IMG/VR virus record: IMGVR_UViG_3300007722_000005
Coordinates: 1 to 64,000 of that record
Length of the DNA stretch: 64,000 bases
From: a virus
Direction: 5' to 3' (one strand)
Positions 36,872 through 45,090 of the stretch are shown piece after piece. Position numbers and translations under genes: made by a program. Every line of letters starts with the position of its first letter. The stretch's first letter is position 1. The notes under the pieces were generated by a model. The model had not been told where the DNA came from, made no database searches, and was given only the letters and a program-made list of their open reading frames with translations.

Positions 36872-36999
36872 TGGGACGCGATGGTGAGGTTTTCACTCAC
36901 GACGATTTACAAGATCGCTATCAGCTTTACCCCTCATGGTTGTAACCCCACTACTCATAAAGCATTCCTGTGGACTCGGTCACCACAGCTTCACCGCGT
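36872..36999 (-). ncRNA. Oversized (128 nt) CCA-ending tRNA-like RNA
   Basis: 8-bp acceptor ACGCGGTG/CATCGCGT, T-like arm GTGAG/CTCAC, three internal arms. Confidence 0.65.
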
Positions 37000-37000
37000 T

Positions 37001-37074
37001 TGGAGCACCTGCGCGGATTCGAACCGCGTTCAATAGTTTGGAAAACTATGTCCTCTCCCAGGAGCGACAGATGC
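37001..37074 (-). tRNA. tRNA-Gly(UCC), atypical D-arm
   Basis: ATAGT TT TCC AA ACTAT; CCA. Confidence 0.75.
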
Positions 37075-37108
37075 ATTAGTTGAATGTCGACTATTTATAA
37101 TATTGTTT

Positions 37109-37183
37109 TGGCGGCCCTGCACGGAATCGAACCGCGTTGGCTGGTTTTGGAGACCAGTGCATCACCTTTCATGCTTCAGGGAC
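37109..37183 (-). tRNA. tRNA-Trp(CCA)
   Basis: CTGGT CT CCA AA ACCAG; G73; CCA. Confidence 0.85.
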
Positions 37184-37194
37184 ATAATTTAATT

Positions 37195-37283
37195 TGAGCT
37201 AAGACAAAAAGGACTCGAACCTTCGCTTTCGCCAGAACCAGTTGTGCACCTACGTCTATAAACGTTTCCACAACCTTCTCAGC
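37195..37283 (-). ncRNA. T-arm-containing tRNA-like RNA without CCA
   Basis: GCTGAGA/TCTTAGC closing stem; GAAGG TTCGAGT CCTTT; long irregular hairpin. Confidence 0.45.
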
Positions 37284-37351
37284 AACATGCAAACCCTACA
37301 TTATATCAAATTCACACAACAATTATAGTTGCAAGTGTGAACCTCAAAACT

Positions 37352-37435
37352 TGGTGGTTGTGGTAGGATTCGAACCTACTCAGCTAGTGGGCCACTGATT
37401 TACAGTCAGCTTATCTCTCCAAGGAATGCACAACC
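37352..37435 (-). tRNA. tRNA-Tyr(GUA)
   Basis: Loop CT GTA AA, long variable arm, CCA. Confidence 0.8.
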
Positions 37436-37452
37436 ATTGTAATACGAAATCT

Positions 37453-37526
37453 TGGTGGTTCTAGAAGGTAACGATCCTTCGTCGCACGATTATCAGTCGT
37501 GTGCTCTACCTTTGAGCTACAGAACC
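37453..37526 (-). tRNA. tRNA-Ile(GAU), second copy
   Basis: Cloverleaf, CCA. Confidence 0.85.
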
Positions 37527-37532
37527 TAAAAG

Positions 37533-37603
37533 GCGGGAGTGTCCTACCACTATACGATTACCCTCACGAGGGTAAGTGGAAATCGAATCCACGTCTCTTT
37601 CTT
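37533..37603 (-). ncRNA. Circularly permuted tRNA-like RNA (YrlA-like module) B
   Basis: GTGGA TTCGATT TCCAC, TTACCCT CGTG AGGGTAA, TCGTATAGTGGTAGGACA. Confidence 0.6.
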
Positions 37604-37607
37604 TACT

Positions 37608-37682
37608 TGGCGGTCCCAAGGGGTAACGATCCCCTTCTTCGACAGTGACAGTGTCGTGTGCGTCCATGAACACTTTGGAACC
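37608..37682 (-). tRNA. tRNA-Asp(GUC)
   Basis: Cloverleaf, CCA. Confidence 0.85.
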
Positions 37683-37694
37683 GAATGCAATAAC

Positions 37695-37786
37695 TGGCGG
37701 AGAGCAGAGGAGTCGAACCCCATCCCCTTTCGGGGAACCTAGTTTTCAAGGCTAGTCGACACACCAACGCGTCTGCATTACTCTCC
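37695..37786 (-). tRNA. (8/4) tRNA-Ser(UGA)
   Basis: 8-bp acceptor, 4-bp T-stem, long variable arm. Confidence 0.8.
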
Positions 37787-37794
37787 ATTAATAC

Positions 37795-37869
37795 TGGTGC
37801 ACCCGAGGAGAATCGAACTCCCTTTCGCAGATTGAAAGTCTGCTGTCCTAACCGGTAGACGACGGATGC
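37795..37869 (-). tRNA. tRNA-Glu(UUC)
   Basis: Cloverleaf, CCA. Confidence 0.9.
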
Positions 37870-37950
37870 ATAATTCGCAGGCGTATTCCGGAGCAGCTCA
37901 CGCAAGGTGAGTGCCCATTGAGTCATCAACTCAACTTACGCCATTGATCT

Positions 37951-38025
37951 TGGTGGGCCCTGTGGGATTTTAACCCACATCGTCTCGGGTAAGAGCCGAG
38001 TGTAATAACGTTATACGAAAGACCC
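37951..38025 (-). tRNA. tRNA-Lys(CUU)
   Basis: Cloverleaf, CCA. Confidence 0.8.
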
Positions 38026-38031
38026 ATAATT

Positions 38032-38105
38032 TGGAGCGGGATAGGAGAATCGAACTCCTTTAACTAGTTTGGAAGACTAGGACACAACCAATATGCCAAT
38101 CCCGC
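38032..38105 (-). tRNA. tRNA-Gly(UCC), second copy
   Basis: Cloverleaf, CCA. Confidence 0.85.
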
Positions 38106-38111
38106 GTTGTT

Positions 38112-38186
38112 TGGTGGAGGCCGAGGAAATCGAATCCTTCTAGTCAGAATCCTTGCAAAGGATACCCGTAACCCATTACTGCCCCC
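38112..38186 (-). tRNA. Atypical tRNA-Ala(UGC), mini D-arm
   Basis: G3:U70; GTAA TGGG TTAC hairpin; loop TT TGC AA; CCA. Confidence 0.7.
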
Positions 38187-38402
38187 AATGTTCTTAATTA
38201 ACAGCAATTTTGCAACTATCCAAAAATGCTTTCAATTAAGGAGTAGGCCGTCCCCACTCAGATCTCTTTTACTCTTCCTGTTTACGCCAGGAATTTCATC
38301 CAGACCGCCGCCAAATTGGAGATGTTTAAAGTGCCTCCGCGAATCGCGTTTCCGTACACTTTACTTCAAAAGAACGATTACTTCTTTGTTACTAGATTGA
38401 CT

Positions 38403-38430
38403 ATTATCAACATTTTAAAACAAAAGTCAA
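38403..38430 (-). promoter_or_regulatory. Array-proximal promoter TTGACT-16-GATAAT
   Basis: GTTGACT motif shared with the other early promoters. Confidence 0.55.
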
Positions 38431-38458
38431 CAGTTATTTTAAATCCTTGATTCTACAA

Positions 38459-38493
38459 CAAAAAACCCCAAGTCTTTCGATCTTGGGGTTCTT
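38459..38493 (-). terminator. Intrinsic terminator / attenuator hairpin
   Basis: AAGAACCCCAAG-loop-CTTGGGGTTTTTTT. Confidence 0.85.
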
Positions 38494-38516
38494 TTTAAAA
38501 GAGATCTGATACTACC

Positions 38517-38627
38517 TTATCTCATAAGAACCCCGATCGCTTCATCACTACGGCCAAACCATGAGCAAATCCCTGGCGCATTATATGCGGCGGGTTGGCT
38601 TAATGTTTGTGGTAGTGTTTTATTCAT
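38517..38627 (-). CDS. Leaderless 36-aa leader peptide MNKTLPQTLSQPAAYNAPGICSWFGRSDEAIGVLMR
   Basis: ATG 7 nt after the -10 box; 3' codons complementary to the terminator 5' arm. Confidence 0.7.
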   Translation of the reverse strand: MNKTLPQTLSQPAAYNAPGICSWFGRSDEAIGVLMR

Positions 38628-38634
38628 ATGAAGC

Positions 38635-38663
38635 ATTATAGTACCTTTTGAAAGAAAAGTCAA
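38635..38663 (-). promoter_or_regulatory. Strong promoter TTGACT-17-TATAAT for leader and tRNA array
   Basis: Near-perfect sigma70 consensus. Confidence 0.85.
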
Positions 38664-38719
38664 CATCTATATTATATATATGTAAAAGTTAATTTTTGAC
38701 CACTTTTGAACAAAAATAT

Positions 38720-39172
38720 TTAAAAGGTTTGATATTCGTCGGAAAACCACTTCTTGAAGTCGCCGTATAAATGTGCTTCAAGGTGTTCCGCTTCTTTTTC
38801 CCAGGGGCGATCGCGGTAATGGTCATCTTCCTGCAGCGACACACTAACACGGCGAGCTTTCCACATTGTGTGACATATTGATAATTCGCGCTTCGCATAT
38901 TGTTTGACGTGGACCATCTCGTGGGACAACGCCAATATGGGATCAATCGTCTTCTTGTTAATGTTAATTGTAAACTTTCGTGGCTTATCGTTAATAATCG
39001 ACGACGGGTAGCACTCTGCATAACAGCCATTTTCGATTGCTCGGAAGTTAATGGTCACCGTTAGTTTACGAGAAAGATTCACATGCATCAATTGTCCGGA
39101 ATAGAATTTGATTGCTTCACCAACTTCAAATTTCAACTTATCATCACGACAGTTGCGGATTATGAACTTCAT
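38720..39172 (-). CDS. HEXXH metallopeptidase-like protein
   Basis: LSHEMVHVKQY...PWEKEA. Confidence 0.75.
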   Translation of the reverse strand: MKFIIRNCRDDKLKFEVGEAIKFYSGQLMHVNLSRKLTVTINFRAIENGCYAECYPSSIINDKPRKFTININKKTIDPILALSHEMVHVKQYAKRELSICHTMWKARRVSVSLQEDDHYRDRPWEKEAEHLEAHLYGDFKKWFSDEYQTF

Positions 39173-39180
39173 CGTTCCTC

Positions 39181-39366
39181 CTAGTTTGGTTCGTCGTCTT
39201 GTTTGTCAGGTGCACCAGTCAACAAGACGTCCAACTGATGAGGAATGCTAATGACATCTAGCATCCAAATAAAAATATGGGATGTAGTCGTCATAACAAA
39301 AGCGACGGGTGCCAGTAGTATAATACACAGTAACCAATAAGCAAATGCTATGATTGTAGACATCAT
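39181..39366 (-). CDS. Small membrane protein
   Basis: Hydrophobic ORF coupled to gp41 stop. Confidence 0.45.
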   Translation of the reverse strand: MMSTIIAFAYWLLCIILLAPVAFVMTTTSHIFIWMLDVISIPHQLDVLLTGAPDKQDDEPN

Positions 39367-40748
39367 TAATTGAAGCTTTCGAATTTCGACGGATCAGATT
39401 TACCTAACCTTTTTCCGGTCGGGGATTTATCGAATGCCGGGCTGTCGTCCACAATATCCTCTTGGGCAGACTGCTCGACGTTGTACAATCTCATCTTCGA
39501 CTTATCAACACCAAGCACAAAACGCCTGTTCCTTGAAATGTCGTTGTAGCGGTTCTTCAATTGCTTGCAAAGAATTTGATTCATTTCAGCTAATTCTTCT
39601 GTAGTAATCAGAGCGAGCATCAAATCTGCTGTTGCAGGAAGGCCAAAACTTTCGCTTGTATCTTCTAAACCAACGTCAGTGTTTGAAAAACCTGATCGTG
39701 TTGTTTGTGTTGCAGAGATGAGTGGTACATCAAGTTCAATCGCGAGTCCACGCAATTCTTCCGCAATAGCTTTCACGTAAAGATATGAGTTAACGTTGGC
39801 ACCAAATTTCAATCTTGCTGATTTACATATATTTAGGTAATCGACAATAACGACGCGCGGTTTAAACTTCCTTTTTAGCTTTAACTCGCTGATTAAGTAC
39901 CGGAAATTATTTGCGTCCGCCGCGCCCGTAGGATACTCCTTAATAATCAAGCGGCCAGTCGTTTTCTCCCGCACACGTGCCATTTTCTTTGTGTACACGG
40001 CGTGTGGGAGCATTATTAATTCATCAAGTGACACGTTTAATAGATTCGCGTCAATCCGCTCGGCAATTTTCTCCTCAGACATTTCAAGTGTAATATACAG
40101 AACATCCATTCCTATCGAGAGATAATGGGATGCAAAGTGGCACATCGCTAACGATTTACCAACACCTGTACCAGCTAAAATTATATTGAGAGTTTTGTTT
40201 GACAGACCACCTTTTGTTATTTTATTTAAGAACTCTAGATCAAAAGGAATTTTATCTTCAACACGGTGGTAGAATTCATAACGCTCTTCACTATCACCAA
40301 TAAAATCGTGACCAATGTGGTTATCGAATGACACTGCCAACGCGGTCGATAGCAAATCCGGAATAGACCCCTTGTCGAGTTGTTTATCAGAACCATCCAA
40401 AATTTTAATCGAGGACATGACAGCATTATAGATTGCTTTATCTTGACAGAATTTTTCTGTCTCCGCCACAAGCCAATCAACGTTGTCGTCAACATTTTCT
40501 GTCAGACTTTTAACGAGCTCAACAATATCTGAATGTTGGTCATCCGAGATGCCTTTGATTTTGTCCGCTTCAAGAAGCAGCACGTCCGGCGTTACTATAC
40601 GGTTGTATTTTGTAAAGTGCTCATACACAATCTTATAAAGATGGCGTTCCGTGTCTCCAGAGAAATATGACTCCTTGAGAAACGGAAGAACCTTCCTCGC
40701 ATATTCATCGTTATATGCGATATTTTTTATGATCAGCTGATCAAGCAT
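39366..40748 (-). CDS. 41: Replicative DNA helicase (gp41)
   Basis: AGTGVGKS, LEM, DYLN, SESFGLPATAD, KNR. Confidence 0.95.
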   Translation of the reverse strand: MLDQLIIKNIAYNDEYARKVLPFLKESYFSGDTERHLYKIVYEHFTKYNRIVTPDVLLLEADKIKGISDDQHSDIVELVKSLTENVDDNVDWLVAETEKFCQDKAIYNAVMSSIKILDGSDKQLDKGSIPDLLSTALAVSFDNHIGHDFIGDSEERYEFYHRVEDKIPFDLEFLNKITKGGLSNKTLNIILAGTGVGKSLAMCHFASHYLSIGMDVLYITLEMSEEKIAERIDANLLNVSLDELIMLPHAVYTKKMARVREKTTGRLIIKEYPTGAADANNFRYLISELKLKRKFKPRVVIVDYLNICKSARLKFGANVNSYLYVKAIAEELRGLAIELDVPLISATQTTRSGFSNTDVGLEDTSESFGLPATADLMLALITTEELAEMNQILCKQLKNRYNDISRNRRFVLGVDKSKMRLYNVEQSAQEDIVDDSPAFDKSPTGKRLGKSDPSKFESFN

Positions 40749-41796
40749 TCACTTCTCCCATTAGGTTACCGCTTGATATCTTGTAGTGCTCGTTAATGGC
40801 TTTTTCAAAGTCTGCGTTTGCTAAAAGATCAACCCAAAAAGATTTATTGCTCGTTTGCTTTTCTGAAAACGTTTCTTCTGAAACTGTACCCGTCTCTTTA
40901 TCAACGAGAGCGTATGTTCCTTTTGATATCTTTGTGATGAATTTCGTTTCAACAGCAATATCAAACAATCCTGACCACTCAGCAATACCACCTTCGAACA
41001 TAACCTGCACTGGAATCTTTGACTTCTCACGAACGTATCGTGATTTTTCTACATTGATTATGAAGTTATACCCCGCCAATTCGTCTTTCTCTTTCTCCTG
41101 TTGTCGACCAATAATAAAGATATTGTCCGCGGAGTAGTAGCTTCCTGTTCCTCCACCAACAACGTCCTTTGAAAACATCTCCAAAGTTTTGTATGTGTGA
41201 TTGACGGCTACCATTGGAATATTCTTCAAGTTGAGGTGGGGAGTTACCATTCGAAACAAGCTCTTGATTTGTTTTGCTCTCGTCATATCAGCAACAGATT
41301 TTTGTTCCAACGAATCCTCAATCTCTTTTTTCGAAGCGAGATTCCCAATTGAATCGATTGCGATGAATACCTTGTCGCCACGTTCGATGTGCTCAAGTTG
41401 CGTCATAACATCGAACTTCAATTTCTCTACGTCAGTAATAGGTGTGTGTACTACACGAGATTTATCAATACCGAGTGCATCAAAGTAGCTGATTGGAGTA
41501 CCAAATTCTGAATCATAAAACAACAGAGCAGCATCTTTGTACTGATCCATATATGCTTTTGCCAAAATCAACGTGAACATGGTTTTAAAGTGTTTCGACG
41601 GACCAGCAAACATTGTTAGCCCTGGAGTGAGCCCGCCTTTCAAGCTTCCCGAAAGGGCAATGTTGAGAACGGGGATGCGTGTCGAAATCATATCCTTTTC
41701 GGAAAAAAGTTTCGATTCCATCAACGTGTCTGTCAATCCAATAGTTGTATGCTCACGTAGTTTATCAACAAGACTGTTTCCTTTTGCTTTTGCCAT
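40741..41796 (-). CDS. uvsX: RecA-like recombinase
   Basis: GPSKHFKT, YDSEFG, DSIGNLASKKE. Confidence 0.95.
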   Translation of the reverse strand: MAKAKGNSLVDKLREHTTIGLTDTLMESKLFSEKDMISTRIPVLNIALSGSLKGGLTPGLTMFAGPSKHFKTMFTLILAKAYMDQYKDAALLFYDSEFGTPISYFDALGIDKSRVVHTPITDVEKLKFDVMTQLEHIERGDKVFIAIDSIGNLASKKEIEDSLEQKSVADMTRAKQIKSLFRMVTPHLNLKNIPMVAVNHTYKTLEMFSKDVVGGGTGSYYSADNIFIIGRQQEKEKDELAGYNFIINVEKSRYVREKSKIPVQVMFEGGIAEWSGLFDIAVETKFITKISKGTYALVDKETGTVSEETFSEKQTSNKSFWVDLLANADFEKAINEHYKISSGNLMGEVNA

Positions 41797-41816
41797 AAAC
41801 GGTTCCCTTTTTTATA

Positions 41817-44408
41817 CTAATCAAATAACGATATTGTTCTCTCAGCTTTCCAACCAACCGCATTAAGTATTGTTTTGATTGGACCTAAGAACGTTTTTTC
41901 AAACTGCATGTCGATGTCAACATATTGATCGAGGCCTAACTCTTTCGGTAATCTACCAAGAGTTGCAATGACGTGTTGATGTGTTGGATTTGGTAACGTT
42001 AAGTAGCTGAATTTGGTCTTGTCACCGTTTCTTATCTTCAAGTACTTCGACTCAAGATTTTTACTTTCAATTAGAGTGTTGTACACAATCGCACCACGAA
42101 CGTGAATTGGACACCCTTTTTCTACATCACTGTATTCATCATTATCATCGAAAAGAGTAATTTTATCAACCGGTGTTCCTCGCCACTTTTCGATATTCAT
42201 AATTCCTCGAGGAAAAGCGACTTGTTCGAATGGTAGATTATAAAATTTTTCCTTAAAGGCTGCAATGTAGTCAATCACGGTTTCTTCATTGCTTGCCATA
42301 ATCAATTCGAGTGTTGCTTTGATACTTTCCTTGCACGCTATAGGTGTAGACGACTTAACCGCCTCAATACCCTGCATTTTCAGTCTTGGCTTCGCGTAGC
42401 GGACACCCTCGTTGTCATACACATTAAGAATATAGTGTTTCTTCCCTGTCCAAATACCCTTATTCGCGATTGCTTCACGTTTCATTTTCATCTTTTGCTG
42501 AAACGCGTTGACGTTCACTGCTAATTGGTCAAAACACTGATCGATGTAAGGTTCTAGGACTTGTTGGCATAATACATCAAGACTATCCACTATTTGCTCG
42601 TCTGTTTGTTTTGGATAGTTCTTTGTGACGAATGTATCGAGGTTAAGATACATTGAATCGGTGTCACACGCGATAACATAATCAACGTCGACAGTGTTCA
42701 TCTTATCGTTGAGTAATATGTTAATATGTTTCTCAATCCATCTGATAGCGAGTTGGCCCGATAGTGTAATGGACTCAGCATACTTCCGCTCAAACCACCT
42801 AAAGTGTTTGTTAGCAAGGGCGCCGTAAGCACTGTTCAATTGAATCTTTTTTGCTTGCTGCATATTATTACATCGTGCAATCTCGTTAACCAATTCAGCA
42901 CGACGTGTTTTGCTTGTTGCTTTTTCAAGTTCTTGTTTGGCCACGAGCATTCGGTTTTTCCACACAACACGGTCGTTGTACATCTTCTCCATCAAGAAGG
43001 GAAGGAATCCTTGACGGTCGCGGTCGAACATACAACCAGATCCACAAATAGTTTTGTTGTTATCTACCGTTTCTTTTTTAATCTTCTCGTCAAGCAATCC
43101 ACCATTAATTAGGTTCTCGATTTCAAGCCCGTGAATTTGATCAACAAACGTTTCCGGTGAGATATTATACTGCATAATAATATGAGGGTACAAACTATTC
43201 AAGTCAAAGGATACCACCCATTCATACATTCCAACCTTAGGTGTTTTGACGAAGGCTCCTTGAATTTTTTCGTCGGTAGCAACATCAAATCCTGTGTGGT
43301 ACGGTACAATTATATTCTTCGTGCGAAGGTGGTTGTGGATCATGACGTCCCATATACGCACTGTCGTCAAACACTCGACTAGGTTAACTTTTGCTGCGTA
43401 CGAAATAGAAACAGCTTGTTCAATTAGCTTTAGCTTATTCTCCATTTCATAAACCAACTCAACGTCAATAATGTTATAGTTAACGAAATTGAAGAAGTCT
43501 TTTTCGTAGAATTCTGCTAGCGTATCAAAACCAAGACTATTGTAGTCTAGTTTTTTGCGACCAAGCTCCATGAACGACACGTGGTCCAGTGTGTAGTTTT
43601 CCTGTGGGGTATAAGAGAATTTCTTATACAACACGAGGTAGTCGAGGATTGTAATTCCTGCTGGGTGATTCATTTCTTTTGGTGGCCCGTCGGGATTGAA
43701 GCGATTGGGAACAAACCTTTTGACGAAAAAACCAAATGGCGACAAGCGACTTACATGTTTGTTACCGAGGACAACCTCAATCCGCTTCATTAAGTAGGGC
43801 ATATCAAATTCTTCCACGTTCCACCCTGTCACAATATCAGGTGCAAACTGTTTCGAATTCCATATGATAAGGAATTTGTTAAGTAAATCCTTTTCGCTTT
43901 GGCACTTGAGGTAAGTTACATTTGGATTGTCGGTTTTATATGGTCGCGTGCCAAGAACAATGTACTTACCGTTCTTGGCTAGTGATATTGTGATGACTGC
44001 TTTGTCGCCGGTTTCCATGTTTTGGAAACCACCTTTCGAGTCCGTCTCAATGTCAATTACTACTAAAGAAAGTTTCGAATGTTCAAATTCAATATCAGTG
44101 CTGTAGCGGTCGTTAATATAATTGTGTACTATTTCAAATTCGCGGTGGCCAAACCCGTACATTATTTGTTGGTCATCGAGATTGCCGTACAATGCAGCTG
44201 CATTACGAAAATGCTTTCGTGACGTGAAAGTCTTTTTGACGAGAGGAATGCCTTTGAGTGAATGGAATGTTGTCGGCAGACCTTGAGCAGGAACGAAGCA
44301 ATATGGTTCACACTCTACTTCTTCACTAAAACGTTTACCGTCGCGATACCCGACAACACATAGTTTGTTGTCTTTGTTGCGGTAGCTTACGTTTGAATAA
44401 AATTCCAT
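41817..44408 (-). CDS. 43: Family B DNA polymerase (gp43)
   Basis: DIET, FDLNSLYP, KIQLNSAYG, DTDS. Confidence 0.95.
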   Translation of the reverse strand: MEFYSNVSYRNKDNKLCVVGYRDGKRFSEEVECEPYCFVPAQGLPTTFHSLKGIPLVKKTFTSRKHFRNAAALYGNLDDQQIMYGFGHREFEIVHNYINDRYSTDIEFEHSKLSLVVIDIETDSKGGFQNMETGDKAVITISLAKNGKYIVLGTRPYKTDNPNVTYLKCQSEKDLLNKFLIIWNSKQFAPDIVTGWNVEEFDMPYLMKRIEVVLGNKHVSRLSPFGFFVKRFVPNRFNPDGPPKEMNHPAGITILDYLVLYKKFSYTPQENYTLDHVSFMELGRKKLDYNSLGFDTLAEFYEKDFFNFVNYNIIDVELVYEMENKLKLIEQAVSISYAAKVNLVECLTTVRIWDVMIHNHLRTKNIIVPYHTGFDVATDEKIQGAFVKTPKVGMYEWVVSFDLNSLYPHIIMQYNISPETFVDQIHGLEIENLINGGLLDEKIKKETVDNNKTICGSGCMFDRDRQGFLPFLMEKMYNDRVVWKNRMLVAKQELEKATSKTRRAELVNEIARCNNMQQAKKIQLNSAYGALANKHFRWFERKYAESITLSGQLAIRWIEKHINILLNDKMNTVDVDYVIACDTDSMYLNLDTFVTKNYPKQTDEQIVDSLDVLCQQVLEPYIDQCFDQLAVNVNAFQQKMKMKREAIANKGIWTGKKHYILNVYDNEGVRYAKPRLKMQGIEAVKSSTPIACKESIKATLELIMASNEETVIDYIAAFKEKFYNLPFEQVAFPRGIMNIEKWRGTPVDKITLFDDNDEYSDVEKGCPIHVRGAIVYNTLIESKNLESKYLKIRNGDKTKFSYLTLPNPTHQHVIATLGRLPKELGLDQYVDIDMQFEKTFLGPIKTILNAVGWKAERTISLFD

Positions 44409-44472
44409 ATTATTGCCAGTATGTTTGATTTTACGATTCACCATTATACCACACAATCAAGTTGAAGACAAC

Positions 44473-44497
44473 AAAAAAGGCGCCGAAGCGCCTTTTC
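44473..44497 (-). terminator. Intrinsic terminator
   Basis: AAAAGGCGC TTCG GCGCC TTTTTT. Confidence 0.85.
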
Positions 44498-44604
44498 TTA
44501 CACGAAGTTGCGATGCTTTAATTTGCTTTGTGCTTCAAGTTCGCGTGCTTCGTGTAGTACTTCTAAAACAGTCATCAACGATGACCAAATTTTCTTAAAC
44601 ATTA

Positions 44605-45090
44605 TTACTCCATTAATAGTTGTTTGCTGCCCTTTGTTTCGACGCCCGCATTGATCTCAACCTTTTTAGGCTTCTTTGAGTCGGGTATAATTTTCTCAAG
44701 AAAGATCCTGAGCATTCCATCGATCAACTCTGCGTTCTGTACTTCCATGTAGGTAGGGATTCCCCATCCTCTTGTGAACGCTCTCGATCCAATTCCTTTC
44801 CAGACGATGCCTTTGCTATCTTCTTTCGAAGACCCCTTTACCACAATGGTGTCGTCATCAATTGTGATCTCGAGTTCTTGTTTATCAAACCCAGCAACGG
44901 CAATTTCAATTTCGTACTTTGTGTCGCTAATCTTTTTGATGTTGTATGGTGGGTAGTTTGGAACATTTTTTGTTAGTTGTTCATAAAGCTTGTTCATTTT
45001 CTCGAACTCTGCTTCAAACCCAACAAAATAAGGGGCAACCGCGCTTGCCCAGTACTGTCCAAATACCAATGATAGTGGTAAGTTTTTCAT
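44605..45090 (-). CDS. Small heat-shock protein Hsp20
   Basis: NYPPYNI, EIAVAGF, DGML. Confidence 0.9.
   Translation of the reverse strand: MKNLPLSLVFGQYWASAVAPYFVGFEAEFEKMNKLYEQLTKNVPNYPPYNIKKISDTKYEIEIAVAGFDKQELEITIDDDTIVVKGSSKEDSKGIVWKGIGSRAFTRGWGIPTYMEVQNAELIDGMLRIFLEKIIPDSKKPKKVEINAGVETKGSKQLLME

Noticed and set aside
36872-36999. Selenocysteine tRNA (8/5 fold)
   Set aside because: No UCA anticodon, C discriminator, extra arms; no sel genes
30660-38186. Many 60-140 aa ORFs in the six-frame track across the tRNA array
   Set aside because: They overlap tRNA genes and lack SD or protein motifs; shadow ORFs
30660-38186. Recurring TGG...TTCGAA pattern as a CRISPR array
   Set aside because: It is the reverse complement of tRNA CCA ends and T-loops; no identical repeats or cas genes
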